A DNA stretch of 54,265 nt, the filler included, from Sphacelaria rigidula (lineage: Eukaryota), in NCBI GenBank assembly GCA_964200075.2. It is 4 parts of 4 records of this genome, joined end to end, with 100 filler letters (N's around TTAATTAATTAA, not from the genome) between each part and the next. Parts side by side here need not be neighbours in the genome. Positions count along the whole stretch, not along the records: positions 27,186 to 40,675 come from CAXNAA020002850.1; positions 40,776 to 54,265 come from CAXNAA020002851.1; 2 more parts are not named here. The stretch is one strand, 5' to 3'. Of this stretch, positions 37,557 through 51,600 are shown piece after piece (the stretch's first letter is position 1; every line of letters begins with the position of its first letter). Under the pieces are notes generated by a model. The model did not search any database. It worked only from the letters and a program-made list of their open reading frames with translations, and had not been told where the DNA came from. A program made the translations under genes and the position numbers.

Positions 37557-39224
37557 TTCTCTACAATAGGGTCTTCAAGTGTTGTATTAAACATGGGGGC
37601 ATCTTTTTTGAGTTGTTTTATAGCACTTAGTACTTTCGTGTGTGAATGAGCAAGTTTGGACACGTCCAAGACCCGCGGAAACGTATCTCTGCAGACGACC
37701 CACCTCATGCTCCGGAAGCTTGTTTTGTCTGCGCAACATTCGTACGGTGACCGCAATGTTTCAAGGGGAATTCGTACCGAAGTGCAAATTGTATAGCACG
37801 CGTTAGGTCCGACAGAATGCGAAACGCACGGGAAAATGGGAATAATAACAAACACATCTAATATATACACTACAAACCCAACCGATGTAGCTTGCTGCTA
37901 TCACGTGTCGTTTTCCTATTTTTGTACACGTCGAGCGCCCCGTACTTGCTTTCGAGTCATGATCTAGACCTTACTCTACAGACATACATACTGCTACTAG
38001 GTAGACGCAATTCGGACGCCGAACCAAACACGTATGACGAGCGCACACACACATATACACGAAGGAACTACACAGACAAACCCAAGAACGCGGCCGCTAG
38101 GACGATGCCTGGACATTACCTGGCAGCACTGCACGAGGAAGGTCTTACCTTTCTGATACGTATTTCGTATGAGTTCAACAATGTTAATATTGAAGAAACG
38201 AAGAATACTACCATGCATTGAATGTCTGAAGCCACAGTGACAGGGTTGCAGGGTAACCTGCAAGTACTGTCCAACCGTTTTCTCAGCAAATGTTTCACTC
38301 ATTCACCTGTTTCCCATTTTTTTCATATGTTGTGTACCTTATGTGCATACCATCGGCCAGGGGTATAGGTTGGCAACACCGCGGGCATGAGAAGAGTTGC
38401 ACAGATTGATTGGACTGAGAAATGCAACACTAGTCTAGCTATTTTTCTACCGTGCATATGTTTAGTGTAGAAGTACAGTGCATTGATCGTGGGAGGTAGG
38501 ACAGTGAAAAAACTCTATCCCCATTCCATGCATCTCCACATATGTATACATACTACAGCGTACATAGAAGGGACAAATCCCCAGAAGTGTCCGTCGAGAT
38601 CTCATCATCCATTCACACTTGCAACACCACGAGAGGACTCTGTATGATTCCCGGGCAGAAGGCCATAGATAGGTACGAATCCTGGCCTCGATCAAGGCGA
38701 CAGACGAAACATACCCTCCCCTAAGGTTGACTGACACCAAATGAATGTGGCATGATTGGTGGGAGATCAGAGGACGGGTGGGGAACAAGCACAGGGCGTG
38801 CTGACAAACTCACGGCAAAGTCCTCTGCGGAGACTTTTGTCTCGGCAACCCGATGGACACAGGGCAGGCATGTTGCAGTTAAAGGTGCACATACGTTCCC
38901 ACCGTGAGCCGGCGATCCTATGTGGCCGCCACAACCCTCTTCTTCTCAAGGAACGCACGAACAGGCTCAAATAAGGGGGTGATGTGGATACTACGGCAAA
39001 GAAAGAAAAAAATCCCCCAGGCGTCCGTCGAGGTCCCACCATACCTTGTCACACCACCAACTGATATGCTGTGCACACACAGGTGCAGAGATCGGGTACA
39101 ACCAACGATGAAAATATCCCCCAAGAAATTTGATGGGATCTTACTTTAGCAACCGTCCTTGCTGACATGTGTGTGTGTGAGAGAGAGAGAACAGTAGCGA
39201 TGACGGGAACATTGCCCTGCTTTT

Positions 39225-39627
39225 TGTTGAGTAACCGATTGACTGCTGAGCTATGTTGAGTAACCGATTGACTGCTGAGCTAATCAGCCAGCGCTGGCTG
39301 ATTAGCTCAGCAGTCAATCGGTTACTCAACAAAAGCCAAGTTCGATGGGTCCGATGCATAACCCCGAGCACTCACGCCCCAGGGTTGCCATCCCTGTAAC
39401 CAACGCTGCGCTGGTGAGTCCAACCGGTTTGACTTCGACTGCGCTCTCGATGGGTCTTACGTCGAACTTCTTTGGCTCGCACCCGGTGCTCATTTTTACC
39501 AAAGGATCCTTATGACTGTCCTGGGGATTGAACCCAAGAACTAGGCTTTTGTTGAGTAACCGATTGACTGCTGAGCTAATCAGCCAGCGCTGGCTGATTA
39601 GCTCAGCAGTCAATCGGTTACTCAACA
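39225..39627. repeat. Element bounded by two identical perfect 78-bp palindromes (39254-39331, 39550-39627), plus a 29-bp partial copy (39225-39253)
   Basis: TGTTGAGTAACCGATTGACTGCTGAGCTAATCAGCCAGC|GCTGGCTGATTAGCTCAGCAGTCAATCGGTTACTCAACA. The inner flanks AAAGCCAAGTTC and GAACTAGGCTTT are also inverted. Confidence 0.95.
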
Positions 39628-40675
39628 GGGTCCAAGGTGAAGACCCAATTTTGGGGAATTTCGCGTGTCCGAACGAACGCCAAAATGATTCCGAAATTGG
39701 TTTTTCATCCAGGACCCCAAAATATTTCGGTGATCGAAATCCACATTTCTATGGCATGTAGCAGTTGTCAACAGCTATCAGTAGGTGAAGAAACGGAACC
39801 ATATTTCGAAGATTTCGTGTGGATACCAAGATTTTAATCCTCCGTGTTTCTCATCCCCAATAAAAGATCCATCCCCGATTTGTAAGATCCCGTGTTGAAT
39901 GGGGGTACGGAGAGTTTTTTCTCCATGAAAATGCGTGTTCTCCAACCTGCAAAGCGTTTCATGCGCATTGTTTTCTAATACGAACGGTAATTTGTCAATT
40001 TCTGTTCCGTTCTCCACGGCCTGCTTGATGCCAATCCCAGAAACGTTTGGTGTTGCTGTTCAACGGCATCTTTGCGTGTCTAGCCGGACCCGAGGCGGCC
40101 ATCTTCCCTCAGGTCTAGGGAGTCGTTTAAATTGTGTGGATGAAGTTGAGAAAAATCAAACTGTTTAGCTTCCATACCTGTTACTGTTGCGAACTTCGGT
40201 CGGGAGTAAGTACGGTAGAGCAACGAAAGCCAGCTATGATCGGGTTTGCCTGCCGTACTACCGACAGCGTTGCGTGAAACCCACGAGACCTTTGTTGTCG
40301 GCATTTAATAGCATGGATCTCAAATCCAACGGTAAGTGGTTGATCGTAAAGCACTCTCGTCCCAGCTTGTAATGCATGACCTCCTCGCATCGGAATAATT
40401 TTGGCACATGGACGGGAACATTGCCCTATTTTTCAACGACATGTTTTTCAGCGCACAAAGGCGCCCCCTGTCCAAAAAAAGAGGGAAAGAGAAATCGATG
40501 TTCGCATTCGTGAGCTCGACAGGCAAGAAGAGACGAAATCGCTCCGCGGCTCGATGTTCAGGCACATGGAAAATTGGGCACATGCTGGTAACATCGATGA
40601 CGCCAATCTCTCGAGCGATTGGTAATTGCCGAGCGAGGACACACAAAGGACACGGGCGAGGAGCTTCCTCCCTGT

Positions 40676-40775
40676 NNNNNNNNNNNNNNNNNNNNNNNNN
40701 NNNNNNNNNNNNNNNNNNNTTAATTAATTAANNNNNNNNNNNNNNNNNNNNNNNNNNNNNNNNNNNNNNNNNNNN
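40676..40775. other. Artificial contig spacer
   Basis: Same 100-bp N/TTAATTAATTAA linker. Confidence 0.98.
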
Positions 40776-41356
40776 TCCATAGCGCCACCGCTACGGCCTT
40801 GAACAAAAATCCGGCTATGTCACCCTCTTCGTCTCTTTATTGCGGTCAGTATGATGCCATGCATGCGACTATTGGGTGCGTATTGCGGAAGGCATTTGCT
40901 GATGACACAATTTTGGTTGATCACCGTGAACCAGCCTGTAATGTCCTTCTAGCGAAATCAATTCACAGCGTACTGGAGCAGAGTTTGCAGGTGAATATTT
41001 AGGCGATTGTCTCACCTGCAGTACGCCCAGGTGTTAAGGATTTTTACATGATCTCACTGAGTAACATTACACATGTGGAAATTTACCACATCTTGCATTA
41101 TTAGTGGAAATGTACCACACTCTGGATAAAAACGTCATGTATAACTTGCTTGACCAAATCGTTGGAGGTGAGCGCCCGTACATTTTTCCCATCTTTGGGC
41201 TAATGCGGGACCAACAAGTCGTACAGGTTGAATCTTCACTTCCGATGAGCCCTGAACCATGCGTAATTTTCTCACAGCTGTAATGCGCGCAAGATGACTG
41301 CGCTAATTTCTACATTCAGTACGAACACGATGTTGAATGTGTTCTGCGCACAGTAG

Positions 41357-41585
41357 GTGTGTGTTGTCGTCCCATCTATTCTAGACGACGGTCCCCACCT
41401 TTCGGTATATGTGGGCGCACCAGTCGGGGTCACACAAGAGGAAGGCCGACGCTGGATTTTTTTCTTTTTTGTTTGGTTTAGTTCTCCACCTTTCTTCTGC
41501 GATGCTTGCTCCTCTTTTTTATCGCGAGAGGGGTTCACCAGTCCCTTTCCCTCGTCGACCGTTAGGTCGTTTCTTTTTGCACAGT
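41357..41585 (+). repeat. Dispersed ~230-bp repeat (SINE-like or unclassified)
   Basis: CCCATCTATTCTAGACG..GTGGGCGCACCAGTCGGGGTCACACAAGAGGAAGG..CCCTTTCCCTCGTCGACCG. It is homologous to 43575-43795 (inverted) and 13068-13132. Confidence 0.8.
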
Positions 41586-42757
41586 ATAGAAGATATTACA
41601 AAATCTCCACGGTGTGGAATGTTACAGGCGTCTTTTGCGCCATAGCGGCTGTGTTACCGTACAGCTTCGCCTAGGATACAGGCAGCCATTGCAGCGGCGG
41701 AGGTGGCCTTTCACTCCTGCGTGCGCCAACTGGGACAAACGCACGCTGTAGTTTCAACACGGATAGCCTTACAAAATGTAGCGTAGCGGTATAGCGCGTA
41801 GCGAGGGGTGATATCCCGCGTACATGTTGGTGGCAGGTACAGGCGGCAGCGTTCATGATGTGGCGACGGCATAGGAAAGCGCGAAATCAATGCAGAACAG
41901 GGATAGACTAACGATGTGACGTCCTGCGGGTGCTTTGTAACCCTGCACCTTGCCGCTGTGCAGTGAGCAGGTAGTACCGCCTAAGGCGTCACGCTGCGGT
42001 TGGTACGCAGTGTAGGCAGTGTCGAACACAGCAGCAAGCGGCATATTCATGTACTATACATGGATGTGTGTTCTAAGACCGATGCGCACACACAGAAACT
42101 ACTATCGTCATCATCCATCGATTAGGGGGGTACCTCCCCTCCTCAAATAGAGTGCCCGGGGTCCCCCCCCCCCTCCCCTCCTACGCCCCCAGAATGAGGT
42201 TTGGGCAACCTGGGGGGGGGGTCGTGCCGTAATTTCCCGATATGGGACCCCTCGGCCCAGCGTGCAGCTACTTGACGCTCGACACTGCGTCCTGTCTGCC
42301 CGAGAAACAGCAGTTTTCAACTTATAGTCTATGGCATACCAGGAAGCAAGTCCTGTGCGTGTACTTGAAAACAGGGACGGTAGTTGCTGGGACTAGTGCG
42401 AGACGATTTAGCGGAAATTTGCCGGGACACGGCTCGCGTCTCAGCGCCGGCTTGCTGCGGGCCCCTGCGAATGTAGGGCGACGACGATAACACAAACACG
42501 ATTTATGCTTCAGTACAACTTTACGCTTTCCGTGCAACGACACATCACCATACCCCGGGTGCGTGCGGCAGACCTTCATTTTAGAGCCACTTCTAACAAG
42601 GGCCTAGCAGAGACCACTCCGGTTTACCGCCGCAATCCACAACCGCAACGTCACGAACACGGAAATAAATTGAAATTCGAAGCGCCCTGGGCACAGGGCA
42701 ATCAATGACTTACAGTGTTGTAAAACTTGTACATCATGTTTTGCCTGCAGGTTTTAC

Positions 42758-42965
42758 TAGGGCTGGTCACGGGCCGAAAACATCATGGGCCGACAGACGG
42801 GATGGGACAGGACATCCCGTTCCGTCTGTCGTTTTCTTCTGGAATGTCTGTCCCGTCCCGTCCGTCCACATCGGGATGTCCCGTTTGTCCCATTTTTTTC
42901 CGGGAGCGCGAAAGTGTGGGTGGTCCCGCCCATTCCGTCCGTGAACATTCACTTGTCCCGCCTCG
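42758..42965. repeat. GGGAC/GTCCC-rich repeat (probable MITE subterminal repeats)
   Basis: Clustered TCCCGT/GGGAC motifs follow TAGGGCTGGTCACGGGCCG. Confidence 0.5.
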
Positions 42966-43574
42966 TGCTGAATCTTATGGGGCAGCAAGGATGACGTCCC
43001 GTTTTATCTCGCCGGACGTTTCATCATATTTCGCGGGACACCCACTTGATTTCGCCCGGATATTGAAGGCCTTACATGCTTTATATCAAAATCAAGTTGA
43101 AACTATTTTGCAGTAATCTGAGGCATGGAATCTGCGCATACAGCACAGTTGCTGGCCACCACACCCGGTACAGTCAGTGTGTACAGTCAGTGCTGTCGTG
43201 GTAAATGAGCTTTCAAAGGGGTCCATGCCAGTACACGTCCGATCCTGTAGAGTCGCGCGCTGCTGGATGCCTGGGGTGGCTGTTATCGTGCTCGTAGTGT
43301 TTGCTGTGTCGCAGATGGACCAGGCTCAGAGCATGTCATCTCATAATATATCATTCGGACACTGTGTTGTTCCTGTACCAAAGGCTGTGAGACAAGACCC
43401 GTGTACACAATGGGCACGATTTTTCCCAAGCCCTATTTGTCGGTCGCCCAGGTGGGCTCACTTGTTAACCTCGAAACCTTCTGACAAGTGGGACGTGGGT
43501 TTGAATCTCGGTAAGTCACACAATCTGGGATTTTTCTCATATCATGCCCAACAGTGGAGAGCGACTATGTCGTG

Positions 43575-43795
43575 AGTACGCAAAGTTCGACTTCGCAGCC
43601 GATGGGGGAGAGGGACCGCCGAATCTCCCTCGTGATGAAAAGTAAGGCGAGCATCGAATAAGGGAGGAAGGGTACTGACACGAATTCGAAACTACTACGT
43701 TGACCTTCCTCCTGTGTGACCCCGGCTGATGCGCCCACATATATCGAAAGGTGTAGACTGGCGTCCAGAATAGATGGGATGACAACACACATATA
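43575..43795 (-). repeat. Second full copy of the ~230-bp dispersed repeat
   Basis: The reverse complement reads CATCCCATCTATTCTGGACG..GTGGGCGCATCAGCCGGGGTCACACAGGAGGAAGGTC..GAAGTCGAACTTTGCGTAC. Confidence 0.8.
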
Positions 43796-45620
43796 CTCGA
43801 TACATGATGTAATCCAGCGGCATTCGCGGACTCGAAGATGTCGGGTGGCCGATCGATAGACTCGTGCAAATAGCTGGATTAGTTCGCGAACTCGACAAAA
43901 CATTCACATGAAACATCATACCGCACACTTGCATACGCCTACATGCATATTTGGAAAGGCACACGACTTGCGATCATGCCTGAGGATTGGATGGGTGTCG
44001 GACAGATGAGACCCTTTCTTTTAAGTTCCGTCATGAAGATTGTAGTGTATCACTGAGAAATAGAATACTTCATACGGGCCCAACTGACGGTGCCTGATTA
44101 TGCGTAACCCCCCCCCCCTCCCCCAGGAAATTGGCTGGTTTGAGGAGACAAAATCTACATGTGAACCGAAATGACCGAAGCCGAGTACACCGAGCAGCAC
44201 TCCCCTGCTTGGGATCATTTTCCCCTGTCCGGCCGTATGAGGGGCTTCATGAAGTCGTGAACCAGCTATCATAACTTGAATTGCTCTATATTCTTCGTGA
44301 CAGTTCTGGGGCTGATTATGGAGGGTGCTATCGCGGCATCACTCTGTATGCATGCATCACTAGCTTCAGTTCTTGAATGAATTGGTGCCACTGTGTCGCT
44401 GGTCACTCTTGCACTCTTGGTGAGGGTAGGGTTCAAGTGTAGGTGACACCCATCATAGGTAAAAACCGGTCGGTAAACGACAGGTGAACGCCCGATCGTG
44501 AAGGTCGTGGAGAATCGGAAGTGCAACATCAAAACTTGTTAAATGCCCCCTCCCGTCCGCCCGGCCCGTCACATTTTTCAAAGGGTGATCGTCCTGTGAC
44601 AAGCCTTGGTTTTCATAGACATGTTGCAAGTTAAATCCGCGAGAAGTACAGGTAGGACAAGTACAGTGGTGATATGATCCGAAGGATTCAGACGGTGCAT
44701 TGCACTGGTTATGACGGCCACATATTGCGATTCGGAAGGTGCAACGCTGCTGCTTTTGGGCATGCGTTCGTCTCTTTTCTCACCATCGCTTAAGGTGAAC
44801 TATTCTGAAACCAAATTAACACACCAAACACTCAACCGTCAACAGGTCCGCCGCACTCCATTCCGTTGGCTGAGGTGCAAAATTTATACGGCAAAAAGTA
44901 CGGGTACAAGATCGAGCTGCTGAGCTCGGATGACGTCCGGAACGAATATCAGGTAAAATGATGGAATCACCATCATATTAGAACAGCTCCAATTTGTGTT
45001 CTTCGGTCGAATCATACAATTGGAACAAATTAATCAAAATCCCTTGGACCTGGTTACACATGCGAAAATACGGAAGGTGCAGAGATGAGTTCATTTCCTG
45101 CCCTCTAGAATTGTAAATCACTGCTAGAAATATAAATAACTGAAACCACGCTATCACCGAAACCACACGCCACCACAAACGTGCACGACAAACACGACAT
45201 AGACCTGCTGAACCGCGTTCTCGCCCTTGTGGTCGTCTGTGTTCGTGTATGCACACCCAGGGAGCCAAGTGGGAGAAGCTCCCAGCGGATGGATTACATG
45301 AATTGGCAATCCTCATGACCAAGCCGACGTCATCAGGTCCAGGGTGGTTTGCGCGAATTTTCCTTCGGCGCAACGCAGTCGACAGGAAGTAGTCACGCCG
45401 ACCTCACTACTACCAATACGCCTATGGAACAACTTGAAGCAAGGGAATTTTTGTAGTCATAACGATGGTCTCACTTATATAACCAAAGCAAGCTGAAAAC
45501 AAAAATATTTGTAGCACTTGGCTCGACATATGTAACATTTGCACGTATGCATATTGATGTGGCTGGATTCGAATACAAACAAAACGCATAAGTGCATCGC
45601 ACTTTCGGGTACTCCGTGTA

Positions 45621-48600
45621 CTACAAAGTCGACAACCGATCTCGTCTCTCCTCGTCGTCTGGTGGGTTTGGCCCTTGCTGCTGATGATGTTGATGCTGCA
45701 CTGCCGAACCTACCACGGCGCTCATGTCCTGTTGGTGGTGTGGATTACTCGACCAGATAGACATGCCACCTCTGAGCACATCCTCCCCGCTTTTGTGCTG
45801 ATCAAGACGAAGCAAAACAGCGCGTGTGAGGCACGGAAGGTCAACGCACAACATTCATCAGTAGGGACAGTTGGAGCACGTTGCACACAGGGTCTTCATC
45901 TCCTGAGGCCAACCGAAGGCACATACATTGACGAAGACACCATCATAATGGTGGGCGAGACGCACGTGAAATTTCCGCCAGCAGGAGACCAAGTGGCACA
46001 TTGTAGCCGCATTTGATCAAGATCCTGTTTCTCCTCAAGTCACTCTTCAGCAGCGAGCGACTTGTGTACTCGCGATATAGGCACCACTCCTCGTCGGCTC
46101 GCATCAAAAAGCGTTGGACTTTCAATTTCTACATATGAACTACATGACATACCTGAGACAACGTGGTGGGTTGTTGGTCAGACCCATCGTCCCCATATCC
46201 ATATCCACCGCCATCGTTGGATCCATGGCCTTGCAAGGTGTTGGATCCATGACCCTGCATGGAGCTCTGCCCATGGCCGGGGGCCACCGCAGCTTGGGCG
46301 TAATTCTGCGGCTTGGGTGCCGGTTCGAGTGGCGGTTGCCCCACTATTCTCATGTGTGCCAACTGTGCTGCGATATTCCCACTGGCAGCATTATGCCGCT
46401 TCGCCTGGAGGCAAGCAAGCGAGAAGGTGTAGGTTCGGCAAACCATGAACAATCATGTCATGTGCAGCCACGGGCGATATCAGTCCAATACAAATGATGC
46501 ACACAACTACACACGAGATGCCATGTTTACCAGGCTAGGTGGGTGTCCGATAATCCTTACATGTGACCAGTGGACTGAAGTGAAACTTTATATGGTGGCA
46601 CTTTGGCCCCCACTTTACACGTAAAACGCTCTGCACCAGCACCGCTCACCTGCTTGGCGTCTCTGTGCTTCTGTCGGTAGCCATCTTCCAACGAAGCTAG
46701 CTCATTAAAACACTCCTCCATTCGTCGGTCTTTTTCGCTCTGGAGTTTCTCCACTTTTTTGTCGAAGTCATCACAGTCCTGCCCACAGGTAGTCAGACAG
46801 AGCGAGGGAAGGCCTTAAGCGGCAGCACCGTGTTTCGAGCACATTTCAGCACGAAGGGCGAAGTTAAAAAAAGGCCACCACATGTGTCAGGAAAAAATAG
46901 ATGAACGGCATCAGAGGAGCGTTTTTGAACGACGCACACCTTGTAGTTGTGATGCGTGGAACTCGCCGTGCTCTACAACTCATCGACAAAATGACAGCGA
47001 CATGATAAATATCACCTTCTTGTAACGCTCCTGCGCTCGCTTGTGCTCGTCCGTGCGGTCATTTCGGGCAGCCAGCAAAGCCGCCAATCGCGCTTCGTAC
47101 GCCTGAGAAAATTAAACGGCATAAATACCCCAAAATTCAACACGGAAATGGGACACGGAAAAGTTCACAATTGAAACATATGCTGTTCACTGTTGACCCG
47201 ATAGAGAAGGAAAATGTGCGCAAAGCGAGTGCGAACAATTAGATCGCGTCGTCAATTTTCGAGAGCTCATGGAACGATTGAGACACGTGTACATTGAACA
47301 CACCTGACTCTTACGGTTATACAGGGCAAAATGTGACGACAGCATCTTAGCGTCCTTTGTCGCAGGCAGTGATATCATTATTATCATTTACGCACATGAG
47401 TCCGATCTCTCGAACCCGTGGTCACAGACAAAAGCTTGTCCCTCACCAAGACGCAATTGCTATGGGGCAAAAACTGAACGGTGAGCGACAAATCGGCTTC
47501 AGAAGCACATCGTCACAGCACAGTGTCACGTACACCGATAACCGCGTCCCTTGCAGCATACGAGAATCTGCAAGGGTGTCGAGTCTAAATCTTGCGGTCA
47601 TGATCCGGGAACACACCTTTTCCGCCTGCCTCTTTTTCTTGTCGTGCTGTAGTCTCCGCTTTCGGAATTCATCATCTTCCTCAATGTCGACGTCATCATC
47701 CAACCACTCTTCCTCCGCGCCGGCTGAATTTCCTGCACACGTGAATGAAACGACAAGCCAAAGGAATGTCCTCTCTGAAGCACGATGCAGTTCTGATTCT
47801 GATGACAACGTATCGACTTTCAAACAGTTGGGGAAACATAACAGAGATCGGATGAAATTCACAACAGTAATGATGTTGAGCTAGCTGCACACGCCCGAGC
47901 TATGCACACATGATGAGCCATAAAATGGGTCGGTGGGAGATGGAGAGATCTGCGACAGGTGAAGGGATCATGAGACTGCAAAGAGACGAACATGCAGACA
48001 AAACGCTCTGCACACGGCACAGTGGCGAACAGAGGGCTCAACTCCTCGCCGTATCGCCGAGAATCATGCCTGCTGAGAACGAGTCCAAACCTCAACAAAC
48101 CAAAAGTCGGTAAGGCGGCTGATTGATAAGTTGCTCGCCCTCACCTCCCGCTCCATCGTTATTAGCAGGCTCCAAAAATGCAGAGGCTGCGGCATCTCCA
48201 CTCCACGAACCGTACGCTGGAACAGATCCCTTGATGGACCAAACGTGATTCAAACGCCGAGAGGAGTAGGAAATGCACACGAGCGATCAAAAGGTAATCT
48301 TAGACAGCTCAACACTCATGGCCCTAGTACACAATATCCACAAAATATACCGACATACCCTGAGATGAAACCGTTTGTGAAGTTGGTTTTATGCATAATA
48401 CCCCAAAACATCTCAGAGTGGCGTTCAATATGTGGGCGCACCTGAGTTCCACGATGTACATATGAGGTAGCTGGCGGTTCGCTTGCTGCCCATTGGTGGC
48501 TTGGGCCCATGTTGGCGTCCGGAAATTTGGCACCAGCGTTGGCATCGAACAATTTTGACCCCGCAGAGACGTCGTACAGCTATGGACGTTATTTCATGAC

Positions 48601-51600
48601 GGTAAGATCGGCAGCAGCACGAGCACGACGGTCAGGGAAGAACACGGAACATGCCACGCCACAATTTTTCAGCGTCGCTGACAAGCCACCAACTATGACG
48701 GAATCTTCCGGAAAGTCTCGGGAGGGAACAACGTAATTTCAGGACAGAACAAAATGAAGGCGCTTCAGAACGGAGATACCCGAAAATGTCAAGAACTATA
48801 AGACAGGAGCTGTCAGATTCAAGCCATTCTGCACCATCCTAGACAACGCCCATGCCTACCGAGACGTCACCGAACAAAAATCAATTTCTGTAAGGCCAAA
48901 CCGTAATCAGTTACCGCTGCCCCGCGCTAGTTGTTTACGACATTCAAAACATAGATTGGTCGATCACGTCTCTTTAAGCTCAACCCTTAGCCCGCGAGAT
49001 TAGTCTTTCTGGATCATGCATACTTTTTTTTACTTGAAATTGATGCCGATTCAACAGAAGACTAACCTCGCGGTCTAAGGGTTAAAGAGTGCACCGTCTT
49101 GCCGGGTCCATCGTTGCTAAAGGAGTTTCACCTGCGCCCCGCTGCTACTGCTATTGCTGAAGGTCTGCCTCCGTCGTCTTCGCCTAGCTTTCTCAGCAAG
49201 GTTCGAAATAGCGTGACTGATGTGCCACAACTCCGACGTCGGCAAGCCCAGCTCTTGAATCATTTCTGCTGATACCTGATGTGCAACGCATGAAGTATGG
49301 CGTTATGGATGAGGAAATAATCCGGGAAGTGCCGTCCACCATTCCGATTGCGTTCTAGGAATCGATTACCCATATTGATGATACCTCGTACGGCTACTTT
49401 TGTACAAACGCTCGGGGAGCTCTGGTAGCTCGGGGAGTCATCCGCCGTCAACTTGACCGCACATCTCGACACAACCGCAGCGACCATGCTTGATGACTGG
49501 GGCGATCACCCACCTGGTCCGGATGGTCATATTCCAAATTAAAGTCAAAGTCGACCTCTTGCAGCCGTCCCTCCACGTGAGTGTGCATCACCAGCCGCAT
49601 GATTTCCTGCTCAGGCCCCTGCAAGTTAGCAACCATAATTTCCGTCTGCTTCCCCCCGAGGCCCACGGTCCCCGATAGGAACCCGGGCAGCTCTTGATCT
49701 CCCTGGTTCGACGAAAACGGAGTGCGTTCAGCCTCGCCCACCACACCGGTCGATTGTCCTGGTCCATTACCTGCCGCCATTACATCTGGCGGTACACGAA
49801 AGTGGGCTTGGGGTTGCATCAGAGCAGACGGTGCCATCGATACAGGGCATGGAGGGGCAGACGCGATCGGCGGCAGAGAAGCTACCTTCAAAACCTCCGC
49901 CGCCCTGTCCACCGGGGAGAACGACCGCGCGCGTTGCAAATTGACCGGCGTTGCCGTGGGGGGGCTTACCAAACCAGGATCACTACCGGAGAACGCGGCA
50001 ACAGGGCCCGCGGTGGGCTTTTCCCCCCCTTGAGCTGCTTGCGCCAGCGCGGGTTGTTCAATACTTCCAATGACTGTGAACGTCGTTCCTTGGCCGTTCA
50101 TGTTCGGGGGAAGCAGTCCAGACGGGGAGACCGTTCCCGGCGTCGAGGATCCCGCCACGGTTGCGATCGAGTTGCCCTCGACTGCTGAAGACACGCTACC
50201 GCTGTTCTCTCGACTAAGATGGGCCATCGGGAGCGATCCATCTATCGCACTCGATGCTGCTCCGGGCTTCGGCGCCTGCATAGGTGGTGCTGGTGCTACG
50301 CCAGCGGGAGGTGGCACCAAGGGAGGTGGAGCCAAGGCAGCCGACAGCGGTGGCGCTTGCGCCGAGGACGGTGCCGCCTGCGAAGACACGGGCGCGTCCC
50401 TTTGGTTAGAGGAAGGCGATTCCGAACGCTCGTCGTCGTCATCCTCCGCACGCCGCACCCGGCCGTCTGGAAGTGTGGGAACGCGATTCCCTGACTCATC
50501 CGTTGGCATGGTCTGGAGGAACCCATCTGGATGACTCACGTCGTTCTCCTGTTCGTCGTCATCCTCATCGCTCTCGAATGGCGGGTTGCCTGGTATCTTG
50601 TGTGCGCCGTACTGACCTTCCTCAGGCTCCACAACGCCGACACCATTAACACCGTCCGCTTTACTGCCGGCGCTCAAAGATGCAGAGGCGTCAATGCTCT
50701 TGCGGTCTACCCTTTGCTCAGAACTCTCGGCATTGGTTCCGAAGGGAGCCTGCTCCCTCCCGGCTTCCTCATTGCTACTGGCAGCTGCCGGTGGCGTGTG
50801 CACTATTGAGGGCCTGCGAGATGCATCCGCTTTCCCTCCTCCGGTGCCATCAACTTCGCTTGATCCTAAGTTATTTACATCACCTTGGCCAGGAGCGGAG
50901 GTCGCTAGACCCGAAGGCTGAGCCTGTGACGGTGAACCACCGCCTGTCTGATTTTGTGACGCCCCGCTGGAGGCTTGGCTCTGATTGGTGGGTGCCTGTC
51001 CTTGGTTGGAACCTGAGCCTCCCCCGACGAATGTTTCTGCGATTGTGTCGAGCCCCGGTGTGCCCCTTGCCGCAGGATGAGCCATTCCAGGTAATGAAGG
51101 GTCGATTTTTGTTGGGCCGTTTACTCCTGGCTTTCTCGCTGCATCCTCTGCCACTGCTCCCGCTTTCACTGTCGCTTCCAGCAGTGGGGTACCTTCCGCT
51201 GACGCTGGGGGATCCAGTAGTACCAGCGAATTGTCCTATTTACCAATCGCCGAGGCGAAACCAGTTTGCACGAGGATGCTTGTTCAAACATGATGTTCCG
51301 CTTGAAGGTGAAGGTCCTTTCCAACTAATGGCATCAAAACTCCCATGTCCAGGGATAACTGCAACGGCGATAGTGCTAACACCTCCAAGTTCAGGTGCGG
51401 ATGGTAACGGTCTCGTTCGATGGTGTCAATGCGGCTTTTGTGACGACTCCGAAAGGAATCCAAACATCGGGAACCGAGGCAACAGACAACGGCACTCAGC
51501 CACGAATCAACATGACCCTACCTTGCAACGTTCCTCGAGACAACGATAGCCGTGGCAAGCCCCTTGTACCCTCACCTCATCCTCATTCTTATCATTCAAG

